Origin: Deltaproteobacteria bacterium
GTDB lineage: Bacteria > Lernaellota > Lernaellaia > JACKCT01
Length of the DNA: 64,000 bases
Assembly: GCA_020633895.1 (NCBI GenBank)
Contig: JACKCT010000002.1
Coordinates: 326,055 to 390,054, forward strand
Direction of reading: 5' to 3'
Shown piece by piece: positions 38,103 through 48,228 of the stretch. The position numbers and the translations under genes are program-made. The notes beneath the pieces were generated by a model that was given only the letters and a program-made list of their open reading frames with translations, had not been told where the DNA came from and did not search any database. The stretch's first letter is position 1; the number at the start of each line of letters is the position of its first letter.

Positions 38103-39810
38103 AATTGGGGCCATAAGCCGACGGCGGCGAGAACAGCAGGACATTCGGCGTCCGCAGCAGCAGATCGTACCCCGCGGCCTCGTCGGCGACCGAACGCATC
38201 GACCGGGTTTCCTTGGCGAAATCGCTTTCCGGGCCCAGGCCGCCCCGCACCGCGTTGATGTCCGAGAGAATCAGCCCCCGCAAGGTGGGGTCGAACTTTC
38301 CGGCCTCAATGCGCAGATGCACCCAATCGACGTATTGGCGTTCGTAGTCCGCCAGGGCCGCCCTGGGCTTCAAGAACCGGACATTCGGTTCGAGCAGATT
38401 GACCTCGAAGCGGAAAAGGGCCCACGTGGCGTCGACGCCGGTGATCGCCACCGGGTAGATTTTGCGCACCCCTCGCCGGGCATGGAGCGCGGCGACGAAG
38501 CGACGAGCGTCCTCCTTGGCCCAGTTGACCTCCGTGACCGGCGGCCGCAAGACGACGTCGTTCGCGTTCTGCACATACGCCAGATAGGGGTCTTCCCAAT
38601 CCCAGGTGATGGGTTCGGTCGTTATGGCCCTTGTCGAACGGGCCAAACTCGTCGCCGCCAGCGCCAACCCCAACGCGATGAACACCAAGCGCCGGTACTT
38701 GCCCCGCATTGATGAGAACGCCACGCCGACCAGGGGCGCCGCGCCGACCACCGCCGGGAAAATATAGTAGGTGTTTTTCTTGGCGCTGATCGAAACCAGC
38801 GCGACCAGGCCGAAGGTCCAGAAGACGAGCATGTATCGGGATTTGGCGCGGGTGACGAACAAGAGGACGGCGCCGGACAGGGCGGCCAGGGCCAGGGGCC
38901 GACCCCAGTGATACGCGATGAGAAAATGGGGAACCGCCAGCGGCGCACCGGGGCCGGATTTGGCGCCCATGGCGGTGCGTTCGTAGTCGGACAGGCCGTC
39001 GAAGATGTAGGCCATGTAGTCCAGGCTGCCGTTGTCCCGGGCGACGTAATAAAACGCAACGGCGGCCGCGGCCACGAACAGAGCAACGCGCGTCGCCTCC
39101 AGGGTCAGGCGTCGAGGCGAGCGCAACGTGAGACGGCGCGGATCGTCGTCATCCCGTCCGAACCACGAATCCAGCACCGTCCCGGCCAGGGCCGACCCCA
39201 CGGCCAATGTGACCATGACCCCGTTGGACGGCACGAAGGCGTCGTGCGTGGCGCGCCCGGCGATCAGCCCCACCAGCGCCCCCATCCAAAAGCGGCGAAG
39301 TCCGTCCGAAAAATAGATGCAGACCACCGCCAGCGTCGCCGCCGTGATATTGGTCAGGTGGTCGTCGAATGTCGTCGCTGAAGCGAGCACCACCGGCATC
39401 GCGGCCGCCGCGACCGCGCCGATCGCCCCGGCCCACGGCCCGCCGATCCGCCACGCCAGCAGCGTGACCAGCACCATCCAGATCAAGGCGAGCAGCGTCT
39501 GGAAGTGCATCATGCCGATGTACGACCGGCCGAATAGATCGATCGCCCGGCCGGCGAAGACGAGGGTCAGCGGGTGATCCCGATAGGCAAAATCCCGATG
39601 CCATTGGGCGTCGCCGTGGTCGTGATAGACGATCACCGCTTGCAGATCCTCGTGGGGCGACATGCGGATGACCGGCTCGCTTTCGTGATTCCACCAAAAC
39701 AGCAACGCCGTCATCCCGCCGATGGCCAACACCACGATCAGGGCGCACGCCGCCGTCGACAGAGCCTCGCCGTTCTCCTTGAGCGCCTTCATCCTGATGT
39801 TAATTTTCAT
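38089..39810 (-). CDS. polytopic membrane GT-C-type glycosyltransferase-like protein (ArnT/PMT/GT39-83-like), paralog 1
   Basis: MKINIRMK start at 39810. About 12 TM helices followed by a ~190-aa C-terminal soluble domain. Conserved blocks shared with paralog 2 (YHDHGD, LFGRSY, SxKKNxYYxF..V..AP..G...S..RGK). Confidence 0.6.
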   Translation of the reverse strand: MKINIRMKALKENGEALSTAACALIVVLAIGGMTALLFWWNHESEPVIRMSPHEDLQAVIVYHDHGDAQWHRDFAYRDHPLTLVFAGRAIDLFGRSYIGMMHFQTLLALIWMVLVTLLAWRIGGPWAGAIGAVAAAAMPVVLASATTFDDHLTNITAATLAVVCIYFSDGLRRFWMGALVGLIAGRATHDAFVPSNGVMVTLAVGSALAGTVLDSWFGRDDDDPRRLTLRSPRRLTLEATRVALFVAAAAVAFYYVARDNGSLDYMAYIFDGLSDYERTAMGAKSGPGAPLAVPHFLIAYHWGRPLALAALSGAVLLFVTRAKSRYMLVFWTFGLVALVSISAKKNTYYIFPAVVGAAPLVGVAFSSMRGKYRRLVFIALGLALAATSLARSTRAITTEPITWDWEDPYLAYVQNANDVVLRPPVTEVNWAKEDARRFVAALHARRGVRKIYPVAITGVDATWALFRFEVNLLEPNVRFLKPRAALADYERQYVDWVHLRIEAGKFDPTLRGLILSDINAVRGGLGPESDFAKETRSMRSVADEAAGYDLLLRTPNVLLFSPPSAYGPNLTSM

Positions 39811-41518
39811 GATGGAAATCCGCGTCGGGCAGGGGGGCGTAGACGGCCATGTGGGGCGTGACCAGCAGGGGCGCCGCCCCTTGGGCCAATTCGGACAGTC
39901 GCCGCAGCGTCGCCTCCCGCTGAGCCAGGTCGGGGGCGTAGTCCAGGTTGGAAGCCACGGTGCGCACATGGAAGGCGAACAAGTCGGACAGGGGCGGAAT
40001 ATTCGGTGTCGGCAATTCGCGCGGGCTGACCCAATAGGTCGCGGAAAAATCCGCGTCGGCCGGAGCGTATTCGATCGGTACAAAACGCAGATTCGGCGCC
40101 GCCAGGCACGCCCGGAATCGGAACAGACCCAGGCCCGCGTTCGTCCCGACGATGCCTACTTGCGCTTCGGCGTCGGAGGGCGTGTTGCACAGGACGGTTT
40201 TGACCAACGCCGGCGCCGCGTCCTTGGTCCAATCCCGGTAGCGATCCGGGGGACGCAGCACTACGTCCGGCGAATTCTGGAGGTAGCGAATCGCCAGTTC
40301 GCCCCGCGCGGGCCCGATGGGTTTTTGCGTCAGGCCGTAGGCGGCGCGGCCGATCCCCGCCAGGGCCAGCAGGCACGCCGCCCCCAGGACGATCGAGCGG
40401 ATCTTGCCCCGCCACGCGCTCAGGCCGATCCCCGCGATCGGCGCGGCGGCCACGGCGGCGGAGAAGGTGTAGAAGCTGTTTTTCTTGGGGCTGAACGAGG
40501 CGACGACGATCAATCCCAGCAGCCACAAGGCGAGCATGTATCGCTTGGGAACGCGCCGAATGAACAGGCTCGCCAGCCCGGCCAGGGTCGCCAGGGCGAG
40601 GGGCACGCCCCAGTGGTACTCGACGATCATCGCCGGGATGCCCAGCAGGCTCAGGGGTTCCCGCCAAGGCGAAACCACGCCGAACTCGGGAGCCGCCGCG
40701 CCCTGGAAGATGTAGGCGAAGTAGCCGTAGCCGCCTTGCCGATGGGCCCCGATCAGAAATCCGACGCCCAGGGCCGTCGCGGCGCCCAGGTAGGGCAACG
40801 AGCGACGCACCCGTTGGCCGACGGCGGTGGAGCGCTCGAAGATCGGCGGCCCGGAGCGGTCGATGATCCACGTTTCGAACGCCAGCCCGATCGCGGCCAG
40901 GGCAATCGACGCGGCGGCCATGAATCCCAACGACGGGTAGAAGCCGTCGGCCAGCAGCCGTCCCGCGAGCAGCCCCGCGACCAGGGCGGGCAAGGGGCGA
41001 CGCAGGCCGTCGGAATAGCGCAGCAGCAGGATCGCGATCGCCGCGCCCAGGATGTGCGTGAGGTGGTCGTCGTAGGTCAGCGCGCCGCAGAGCAGCAGCG
41101 GCATCCCCGCCGCGAACAGCGCCGTCAGCATCGCCGCGATCGGCCCCGCCAGCGAATACGCGAGCCCGGCCAGCAGCGCCATCGTCGCCGCCGCCAGCAG
41201 GATCTGGCCGAGCATCAGCCCCGCGTAACTTCGCCCGAAGAGGGTAAGCGACGCGTCGGCGATGACCAGCGGCAGGGGATGGGACTGGGGCAGCCGATGC
41301 AGATGTCGACCCTCGGCGCCGTGGTCGTGATATTGCAGCGTGAGGTAGAGATCGTCGTGGGGACGGTCCAGCAGCAGCGGGTCGCTCGCGTTGACCCACC
41401 ACCAAAGCAGCACGCCCACGCCGCCGATGGCCGCCGCGCCGACGACCAACGCGACCGCCGTCCGCCACGAAGCGCGGTTGGACGAAGATCCCTCATGCGG
41501 GGCGGACATCGCCGTCAC
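39800..41518 (-). CDS. polytopic membrane GT-C-type glycosyltransferase-like protein, paralog 2 (tandem duplicate)
   Basis: Clearly paralogous to 38089-39810 along its full length. Its stop overlaps the paralog-1 start by 11 nt (ATGAAAATTAA). Immediately downstream of phoR on the same strand. Confidence 0.6.
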   Translation of the reverse strand: MTAMSAPHEGSSSNRASWRTAVALVVGAAAIGGVGVLLWWWVNASDPLLLDRPHDDLYLTLQYHDHGAEGRHLHRLPQSHPLPLVIADASLTLFGRSYAGLMLGQILLAAATMALLAGLAYSLAGPIAAMLTALFAAGMPLLLCGALTYDDHLTHILGAAIAILLLRYSDGLRRPLPALVAGLLAGRLLADGFYPSLGFMAAASIALAAIGLAFETWIIDRSGPPIFERSTAVGQRVRRSLPYLGAATALGVGFLIGAHRQGGYGYFAYIFQGAAAPEFGVVSPWREPLSLLGIPAMIVEYHWGVPLALATLAGLASLFIRRVPKRYMLALWLLGLIVVASFSPKKNSFYTFSAAVAAAPIAGIGLSAWRGKIRSIVLGAACLLALAGIGRAAYGLTQKPIGPARGELAIRYLQNSPDVVLRPPDRYRDWTKDAAPALVKTVLCNTPSDAEAQVGIVGTNAGLGLFRFRACLAAPNLRFVPIEYAPADADFSATYWVSPRELPTPNIPPLSDLFAFHVRTVASNLDYAPDLAQREATLRRLSELAQGAAPLLVTPHMAVYAPLPDADFHHEN

Positions 41519-41536
41519 CGCCGATCAAAAAGAAGT

Positions 41537-43312
41537 TTAGGCCACACCGCCTAATTTAGAAGCGGCCCCCGGAAGGATCAACCAGAACGACGAGCCGTGG
41601 GGTTCGACGGGCGCGACGCCCACCTGGCCCTCCATCGCCTCGGCGAGGTTTTTGACGATGGCCAGCCCCAGGCCCGTGCCGCCCAGATCGCGGGAACGGC
41701 CCGGATCGACGCGGTAAAAACGCTCGAAAACCCGGGGTTGGTGCTTGGGGGGGATGCCCGGGCCGTTGTCGGCCACCTCGATGCGGACCCGGTCGCCCAG
41801 AAGCTCGGCGCTCACCTGGATGCGGCCGCCTTCGGGCGTATATTTCACGGCATTGTCCAGATAGTTGAACAGGATCTGGTCCAGGGCCTTGGGATCGGCC
41901 TGGGCGATCAGGTTTTCATCGCAACGCACCACGATCTTTTGGCGCTTGTCGGCGGCTTTGCGTTCGATGGCTTCGGCGGCCTTGCGCACCGCCGGGGCGA
42001 CGGGCATGACCTGCGGTTCGATGCGCTGACGTCCCGCCTCGATGCGCGACAGATCCAGCAAATCGGCGATGAGTTGGTCCAGGCGCTTGGCGTTGCGGGC
42101 GATGGCTTCCACAAACTTCTGGGCCGCCGTGGGGTGCTCGATGGCGCCTTCCTGCAACGATTCGGCGCTGCCGGCGATGATGCCCACCGGCGTGCGCAAC
42201 TCGTGGGAGACATTGGCGACGAAATCACGCCGGATCGTTTCCAACCGACGCAATTCGGACACATCGTGCAGCACGACGACACTGTCCACCCCGGCGCGCC
42301 GGGCCGAGATCTGGGCCATGATCCGACGGGGCGCACGGCCGGTGGAATCGAACTCGACCGACTGGGCCTCGTCGGCGGCCTGGTGCTCGAACAACTCGGC
42401 CAGAGCCGGAATGCGCACCGCCTCCAGCAGCGTCTTGCCCACCGGCGAGACGGTCAGGCCCAACAGGCGCATCGCCGCCTGGTTGACCACCGTGATGCGC
42501 TTGTTTTCGTTCAGGGCGATGACGCCCTCGCTCATGCCGTTGAGCACGGCCATGAATCGGTCCCGCTCCAGCGCCAACTCGGCGACCTGCATCTCGAGGG
42601 CTTCGGCCAGGGCGTTGATCGACCCGGCCAGACCGCCCAACTCGTCGGAGGAGACCACATTGACGCGCAGGCCCTTTTCGCCGGTGGCGATGGCCTGGGT
42701 CTTTTCGATGAGGTGGCGCACGGTGCGGTAGATAAGCTGAGAGGACAGGCCGCTCATGAAGATCGCCAGCACCAGTCCCAGGGCCCCCGCCGCCAGGATC
42801 GAGAACCGCAGCTTGCGGGCCAGTTGGTCCACTTCGGACAGGGGCATGGCGACGCGGATGAGCAAATTTCGGCCGGCCGCCTGGGCGGGAATGGCGACGT
42901 ATTCCATCTGGGCGCCGAGTTCGGGGCTGTAGCGGATGGCGATGCCGTAGCCGTCGTTGCGGGCGCCGACGAGTTCTTCCCGGTCCAGGGATTCCCGTGC
43001 AAAATCGGACGGGGACAGCCCGCGCGTGGAATCACCCACGACCTGTCCTTGATCGGTGAGCACCGTCACCTGGGCGCCCATCGAATGGCCCAGGGCATCG
43101 GCCAGATCGTCCACGGCGGCCCCGTCGGCGTCGGCGGGCAGGCGTTGCAACGCGTCGCCGACCACCTTGGCGAAACGCACCAGGTCGTCTTCAATGCGCG
43201 ATTCGAGCCAGTTGCGAAGGGTAATTTCCAGGTAGACGCCCGAGGGGAGGGCGACCGCGAAAATCACGATGACGGAGACGAGGAAAAGTTTTCCGCGAAC
43301 GCCCAGCCTCAA
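41537..43312 (-). CDS. phoR: phosphate regulon sensor histidine kinase
   Basis: Two TMs and HAMP. PAS domain. H-box [10 protein letters not shown]. HATPase G-boxes. Start overlaps the phoB stop. Confidence 0.9.
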   Translation of the reverse strand: MRLGVRGKLFLVSVIVIFAVALPSGVYLEITLRNWLESRIEDDLVRFAKVVGDALQRLPADADGAAVDDLADALGHSMGAQVTVLTDQGQVVGDSTRGLSPSDFARESLDREELVGARNDGYGIAIRYSPELGAQMEYVAIPAQAAGRNLLIRVAMPLSEVDQLARKLRFSILAAGALGLVLAIFMSGLSSQLIYRTVRHLIEKTQAIATGEKGLRVNVVSSDELGGLAGSINALAEALEMQVAELALERDRFMAVLNGMSEGVIALNENKRITVVNQAAMRLLGLTVSPVGKTLLEAVRIPALAELFEHQAADEAQSVEFDSTGRAPRRIMAQISARRAGVDSVVVLHDVSELRRLETIRRDFVANVSHELRTPVGIIAGSAESLQEGAIEHPTAAQKFVEAIARNAKRLDQLIADLLDLSRIEAGRQRIEPQVMPVAPAVRKAAEAIERKAADKRQKIVVRCDENLIAQADPKALDQILFNYLDNAVKYTPEGGRIQVSAELLGDRVRIEVADNGPGIPPKHQPRVFERFYRVDPGRSRDLGGTGLGLAIVKNLAEAMEGQVGVAPVEPHGSSFWLILPGAASKLGGVA

Positions 43313-44013
43313 GCCGATTCCTCAACCGCCTTGTCTTGAAAGCGATATCCCACGCCGCGGATGGTTTCGATATAAGCCCCGGCCGCGCCCAGCTTTTGGC
43401 GCAGTCGCTTGACGTGCGTATCGACGGTGCGGGTCGTGACCTCGGCCTGGATGCCCCACACGCCGTCCAGGAGTTGATCCCGTGTCTGCACCCGGCCCTT
43501 GCGTTTGAGCAGGGTGGTCAGAAGGCGAAACTCCATCGCGGTGAGCATCAGTTCCTTGTCGTCGACCCAGGTGCGATGGCCCTGCTCGTCGACCTTGAGG
43601 CGGCCGAAGGTCATCACGTCTTCCGCGCTTTCCTCCGGACGGCCGCGACGCAAAATCGCCCGGATGCGCAACAGCAGTTCGCGTATGGAAAACGGCTTGA
43701 CCACGTAGTCGTCGGCGCCCACCTCAAAGCCCACCACCCGGTCGATTTCCTCGCCCTTGGCGGTGGTCATGATGATGGGGATGGAGCGGGTGCGGGCGTC
43801 TTCCCGGATGCGCCGGCAGATTTCGGTGCCCGAAATGTCCGGAAGCATGATGTCCAGGAGGACCAGGTCCGGCAGCGGCTCCTCGGCCGCCAGTTCGAGC
43901 CCCTTGGCCCCGGTGAGCGCGGTGCGCGTCTGGTAGCCTTCCCGCTGGAGGTTGTACTCCAGGATGGCCACCATGTCCTCTTCGTCTTCAACGATTAAAA
44001 TCAGTGCCGACAT
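43309..44013 (-). CDS. phoB: phosphate regulon response regulator (OmpR/PhoB family)
   Basis: Receiver ILIVEDEEDM...DLVLLDIMLPDISG plus winged-helix Trans_reg_C (RVQTRDQLLDGVWG...VDTHVKRLRQKL). Confidence 0.9.
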   Translation of the reverse strand: MSALILIVEDEEDMVAILEYNLQREGYQTRTALTGAKGLELAAEEPLPDLVLLDIMLPDISGTEICRRIREDARTRSIPIIMTTAKGEEIDRVVGFEVGADDYVVKPFSIRELLLRIRAILRRGRPEESAEDVMTFGRLKVDEQGHRTWVDDKELMLTAMEFRLLTTLLKRKGRVQTRDQLLDGVWGIQAEVTTRTVDTHVKRLRQKLGAAGAYIETIRGVGYRFQDKAVEESA

Positions 44014-44302
44014 GCCGCGTTATTGCCTTGTCCTTGTGGCGTTATCGTGGCGCGTTTTTGAACGGCCCGCAACATTGTAAACCCCATGAAGGATTTCACT
44101 CGAAAAGTCGCCCGGCCGCTCCCCTCACCGATGCGTACCCTAGCAGAAAACCGTCACGGCAACACGCACCCTGCGTGAGCGAGGCCGCGAAATTCGTCGG
44201 CGGGCCCCCTAGTCCTGGTCGGCGGCCTTGTCGTATATTGGCCGTTCTTGTTTTTGCCCGGCGCCCGACAGCGCGCCGACGGGCCTTGCACGAGGCGGTG
44301 CC

Positions 44303-44773
44303 ATGCTGACGATCCAGGATCTGCTCAACGACAAGCGCGTCTTTTTGGACGTGCCGGCGGCCGACAAGCTGGCGGCGCTCAAGACCGTCGTGCATCTGCT
44401 GGCCGAAGCCGGGCAGATCAACGCCGACGCCGAGGCGGACCTCTATCGCCGCCTGGACGAGCGCGAGCAGCTCTCCACCACCGCCCTGGGCGAGGGCATC
44501 GCCATTCCCCACGCCTATTTCGAGCAGATCCCCGAACCGATGCTGATTTTCGCCCGCCTGTCCAAGGGAGTGGATTTCGACGCCCCGGACGACCGGCCGG
44601 TGGACAAGATTTTTATGCTGCTGGGCGGCAAACGGGACCACACGCAGCATCTGATGATCATGGCGCGGCTCTCGCGCATGCTTAAAGACACGGGATTTCG
44701 CCAAACGTTGGACACCGCCGGGCAGCCCGGCGCGGTCTTGGATGCCGTTCGGGACGTGGAATCCCGGCACTAG
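44303..44773 (+). CDS. PTS EIIA type-2 domain protein (PtsN/EIIA-Ntr-like)
   Basis: Conserved phospho-His loop TALGEGIAIPHAY and typical size of about 155 aa. ATG at 44303 (MLTIQDLL) preferred. Confidence 0.75.
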   Translation: MLTIQDLLNDKRVFLDVPAADKLAALKTVVHLLAEAGQINADAEADLYRRLDEREQLSTTALGEGIAIPHAYFEQIPEPMLIFARLSKGVDFDAPDDRPVDKIFMLLGGKRDHTQHLMIMARLSRMLKDTGFRQTLDTAGQPGAVLDAVRDVESRH

Positions 44774-44781
44774 GAGACGCG

Positions 44782-45123
44782 GTGCAGGCGGTTTTTATCA
44801 TCATCAGCGAGGCCGATCGGCTTCAGGACGTGCTCACCGGGCTTTTGGAAGTGGGCATCACGACGGCGACGATCATCGAAAGCCAGGGCATGGGCCGGGC
44901 GGTCATGGACAATCTGTCGATTTTCGCCGGATTCCGCGACCTGTGGAGCGGCAACCTGAGCTACAACCACACCCTGTTCACCGTGGTCGACGACGAGAAG
45001 GTCGAGGAGCTCATCCCCGTGGTCAAGGACATCCTCGCCCCCGGCGATTCGCCCAGCAAGGGCGTGTTGTTCACGCTGCCGGTCGCCCGCCTGGTCAAAT
45101 TCACGCCGTCCAAGGAAGACTAG
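44782..45123 (+). CDS. PII-like signal-transduction protein (GlnB-fold; SbtB/DUF190-type arrangement)
   Basis: Fold blocks align with PII: AVFIIIS / ADRLQDVLTGLLEVGITTATIIESQGMG / TLFTVVDDEKVEELIPVVKDIL / GKGVLFTLPVARLV. Compare PII IEAIIKP / [27 protein letters not shown] / GDGKIFVFDVARVIRIRTGE. Confidence 0.7.
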   Translation: MQAVFIIISEADRLQDVLTGLLEVGITTATIIESQGMGRAVMDNLSIFAGFRDLWSGNLSYNHTLFTVVDDEKVEELIPVVKDILAPGDSPSKGVLFTLPVARLVKFTPSKED

Positions 45124-45127
45124 CTCC

Positions 45128-46321
45128 ATGAAATCCCTGGTGGGCCTGGCGATCATCGCGCTGCTGGCGGTCTTCGGATCCCGGTTGCTCGAACGCCACT
45201 GGCACATCCCCGGGCCTCTCAAATCGGTCTTCGGCGGCGGGTTGATCTACCTGGTCGCCGGCTATGTGCTCGGACCGTCCATGCTCGGCTACGTCACCGG
45301 CGAGGTGACGGTGCATCTGTCGCCGGTGGTGACGATCGGCCTGTTCTGGATCGCCTTTCTTTTCGGCATCAACCTCAAATGGCGCGATCTGCGTCGGCTG
45401 CATAACACCCTTTTTCTGTTCGTATTCGGACAGGCCTTCGCGGTCGTCGCGGTGGTGGGCGTCGCGTTCTGGTTTTTGCTGCCCAGCGTTTTCGGCGAGA
45501 TCCCCCTGCGCGAACTGACCGCGGCGGTGCTGACGTTGGCGGCGTGCGCCTCGGGCACGGGGCAGGCGACGCTCTTCCGCCTCAAGATGAATCGAAATTT
45601 TCGCGGTCCCACGGCCCAAACGGCGTCGGTGGCGGCGACCCTGGACGATCTGCCGGCGATCATCGTGACCGGTCTGGTGACGTTTTTCCTGCACGAGGCC
45701 ACCCCCGCCGAGACGCACCCGCCGGGCTTTGCGTGGCTCGGATTGGCGGTGTCCATCGGCGGCCTGGGAGGCTGGGTGGTGGAACTGCTGCTGCGCCGGG
45801 CGGACAACGATCAGGCGCGGCTGCTGCTCATCCTCGGATGCATGTCGGTGGGCGGCGGCATCTGCGCCTATCTATCGATCGCGCCGGTCTTCGTGGGCGC
45901 CATCATGGGCGTGGTTTACGTCAACCTGAGCCCCCGGGACGACAGAGTCTTTGAAATCGTCACCCGCTCCGAATCGACGCTCTATGTCGTCTTCCTCATC
46001 CTGGTGGGCACCATCGTCAAACTCCAGCTCGAACAGTTGGCGATCCTGGGCGCGGTGTTCGTGGGAGTGCGCATCCTGGGCAAGGTGGGCGGCGGCGCGC
46101 TGTTCCAGCACTGGCTGCGGCTGCCGCAAAACCCCTCGCCGGCGGTGGGGCTGGCGTTGATCGCCCAAGGCGGCTTGGCGATTGCGCTGGCGATCCAATA
46201 CGCCCGCGTCTTCCCCTCGGCCCTGGCGGACACGGTGGTCACGGTCGTGATCGCGTCGGTCGTCGTTAACGCCGTCTACGCCGAGCCCTTGGCCCTGCGA
46301 GCCGCGAGGGCGAAGCGATGA
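45128..46321 (+). CDS. cation:proton antiporter (CPA/Na+-H+ exchanger family), 397 aa
   Basis: About 12 TM helices with Gly-rich helices typical of the Na_H_Exchanger fold. Immediately follows the PII-like gene. Confidence 0.75.
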   Translation: MKSLVGLAIIALLAVFGSRLLERHWHIPGPLKSVFGGGLIYLVAGYVLGPSMLGYVTGEVTVHLSPVVTIGLFWIAFLFGINLKWRDLRRLHNTLFLFVFGQAFAVVAVVGVAFWFLLPSVFGEIPLRELTAAVLTLAACASGTGQATLFRLKMNRNFRGPTAQTASVAATLDDLPAIIVTGLVTFFLHEATPAETHPPGFAWLGLAVSIGGLGGWVVELLLRRADNDQARLLLILGCMSVGGGICAYLSIAPVFVGAIMGVVYVNLSPRDDRVFEIVTRSESTLYVVFLILVGTIVKLQLEQLAILGAVFVGVRILGKVGGGALFQHWLRLPQNPSPAVGLALIAQGGLAIALAIQYARVFPSALADTVVTVVIASVVVNAVYAEPLALRAARAKR

Positions 46322-47673
46322 GGGTGCATCTGCTGGTGGCCGCGTCGCTGGTGACGATGATCTGGCTGCTGAAATTCCTACAGATCGGCCAGTTCTCCAC
46401 CGTGGTCGACGAGGCGGCGCTGGCGTTCGGCTTCATCCTGCTGGTGGCGTTCATCGTCGGCAAGGCCGTCAAGCGTGTCGGGCTGCCCGGCCTGACCGGC
46501 TATCTGTTCACCGGCATGATCTTCGGCCCCTACGGCATTGGGGTGCTACATCCCTCGCTGCAGTTCGTCACCGCGGGCGCGCTGGAGGAATTGAAGGTCT
46601 TTCAGAGCATCGCGCTGGGCCTGATCGCGTTTTCCGCCGGCGGCGAGATGCGCCTGGAGTCGGTCAAAAAGCGCCTGCGAGGCATCCTCTACGTCGCCAG
46701 CGTCCCGTCGTTGTTCGAATTTCTCTGGGTCTTTGCCGCGACGTGGTTCGCCTCGCCCTATGTGGATTTCGGCCACGAACTGACCACCGCCGGGCGCGTG
46801 GGCGTGGCGCTGATATTCGGCGTGATCGCCATTTCCGTTTCGCCCGCGGCAACCATCGCCATCGTGCTGGAATACAGGGCCAAGGGGCCGATGACGACGA
46901 TGGTGCTCGGCTCGGTGGTGGTCAAGGACGTGCTGGTCATTATCGGTTTTTCCATAACGCTGGTGGCGTCCAAGATCCTGATCCTGGGCAACACCGACTG
47001 GGATATCACGATCGTGGGCATCGTGGCCTGGGAGGTGTTCGGCTCGTTGGGTTTGGGCCTGCTGCTGGGGTACATCCTGGCCCAGTACATGCGCTACGTG
47101 GGGCGCGAAATGCCGCTGATCGTGCTGGCGCTGTCGTTTTTGGCGGTGGAATTGGCGCGGGATTTCCATCTCTCGGGCCTGCTGCTGCTGCTTTCGGCCG
47201 GTTTTTACGTCGAGAACTATTCGGAAGAGGGCGACCGCCTGGTGCAGGCGATCGACCGCTACTCGCTGCCGGTGCTGGTGCTGTTTTTCACCATGTCCGG
47301 CGCGAAGGTGCATCTGACGGATTTGCTGCCGGTGCTGCCGTTCGTGTTGCTTTACGTGGGCGTGCGCGTCTTCGCGGTCTGGGCGGGGGTGCTGGTGGCC
47401 AACAACATGGCCGGGTCCTCAACGCACATCAAAAAATACGCCTGGACGGGCCTTATCTCCCAAGCGGGGGTGACGTTGGGCCTGGCGGCGCTGCTGTCCC
47501 GGGAGTTTCCCGAAATCGGCGGCACGGTGTCGACGATGATCGTCGCGGCGGTGGCGGTCAACGAAATCGTCGGCCCGATCCTTTTCCGCGAGGGCCTGAA
47601 GCGGGCCGGGGAGGTGGACGGCACGGACACGGACGGCGACGAAGCGCCGGCGGCTCACGGCGGCGGGCATTGA
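46318..47673 (+). CDS. cation:proton antiporter (CPA family), 451 aa
   Basis: Polytopic. Start overlaps the upstream stop (ATGA). FSAGGEM-type motif. Confidence 0.75.
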   Translation: MRVHLLVAASLVTMIWLLKFLQIGQFSTVVDEAALAFGFILLVAFIVGKAVKRVGLPGLTGYLFTGMIFGPYGIGVLHPSLQFVTAGALEELKVFQSIALGLIAFSAGGEMRLESVKKRLRGILYVASVPSLFEFLWVFAATWFASPYVDFGHELTTAGRVGVALIFGVIAISVSPAATIAIVLEYRAKGPMTTMVLGSVVVKDVLVIIGFSITLVASKILILGNTDWDITIVGIVAWEVFGSLGLGLLLGYILAQYMRYVGREMPLIVLALSFLAVELARDFHLSGLLLLLSAGFYVENYSEEGDRLVQAIDRYSLPVLVLFFTMSGAKVHLTDLLPVLPFVLLYVGVRVFAVWAGVLVANNMAGSSTHIKKYAWTGLISQAGVTLGLAALLSREFPEIGGTVSTMIVAAVAVNEIVGPILFREGLKRAGEVDGTDTDGDEAPAAHGGGH

Positions 47674-47730
47674 TCGACTTTTTAATCTTTTCTGAAGCTA
47701 ATTTATGAATTGATATCGAGGCAAAAAATC

Positions 47731-48213
47731 ATGACGGAAGATTTTCAAAGAGTGATGGATTTTCTGGCAGCCGAGGATTGGAAGGCGGCCGAGCGTGAGA
47801 TCGCCGGAACCTTCCATCTCGAGATCCTCCCCGTTGATCCCAACCGTCCGCAGTCGATTCGGTTCACCGTGATCGAAATGAGCGTCTCCGATTTCTCCTT
47901 GGAGGACATCCGCCAGGTCTTCGACGAGAATCGCGATCAACTCGTAGAATTCGCGAAACGCTCCATCGGCTACGACCTTGGCCTTTTTGTGGACGGCGAA
48001 TGGGATTGGAGCGACTGGCCCATCGTGGAAAAGGAGCTTCAGGCGAAGGAGACCGAAGCGGCGGAAGGTTTTTTGATTACCTCGGCCAACTTCTTTTTGT
48101 ATGTCCAAAAGGAGCCGAAAAAACTCGTCGATTTTATCAAGCGCCGACGCATTCCCAAGGCGCGCAAAGTCGCCAAGGAAATGACGGAAGTCTATGAGTC
48201 GTTGAGTTCCTAG
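47731..48213 (+). CDS. hypothetical cytoplasmic protein
   Basis: ATG at 47731 with GAGG upstream and an AT-rich promoter-like stretch at 47674-47730. Confidence 0.5.
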   Translation: MTEDFQRVMDFLAAEDWKAAEREIAGTFHLEILPVDPNRPQSIRFTVIEMSVSDFSLEDIRQVFDENRDQLVEFAKRSIGYDLGLFVDGEWDWSDWPIVEKELQAKETEAAEGFLITSANFFLYVQKEPKKLVDFIKRRRIPKARKVAKEMTEVYESLSS

Positions 48214-48228
48214 GCGATTCCTAGTCGG

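Noticed and set aside
39722-41554. 610-aa plus-strand ORF and 553-aa minus-strand alternate-frame ORF overlapping the second GT-C paralog
   Set aside because: Arg/Gly/Pro-rich junk typical of off-frame or antisense reading in a high-GC genome. The in-frame minus ORF (39800-41518) shows clear TM periodicity and paralogy to its neighbour.
41597-43339. 580-aa ORF antisense to phoR
   Set aside because: Antisense to a gene with H-box and G-box motifs. Low-complexity composition.
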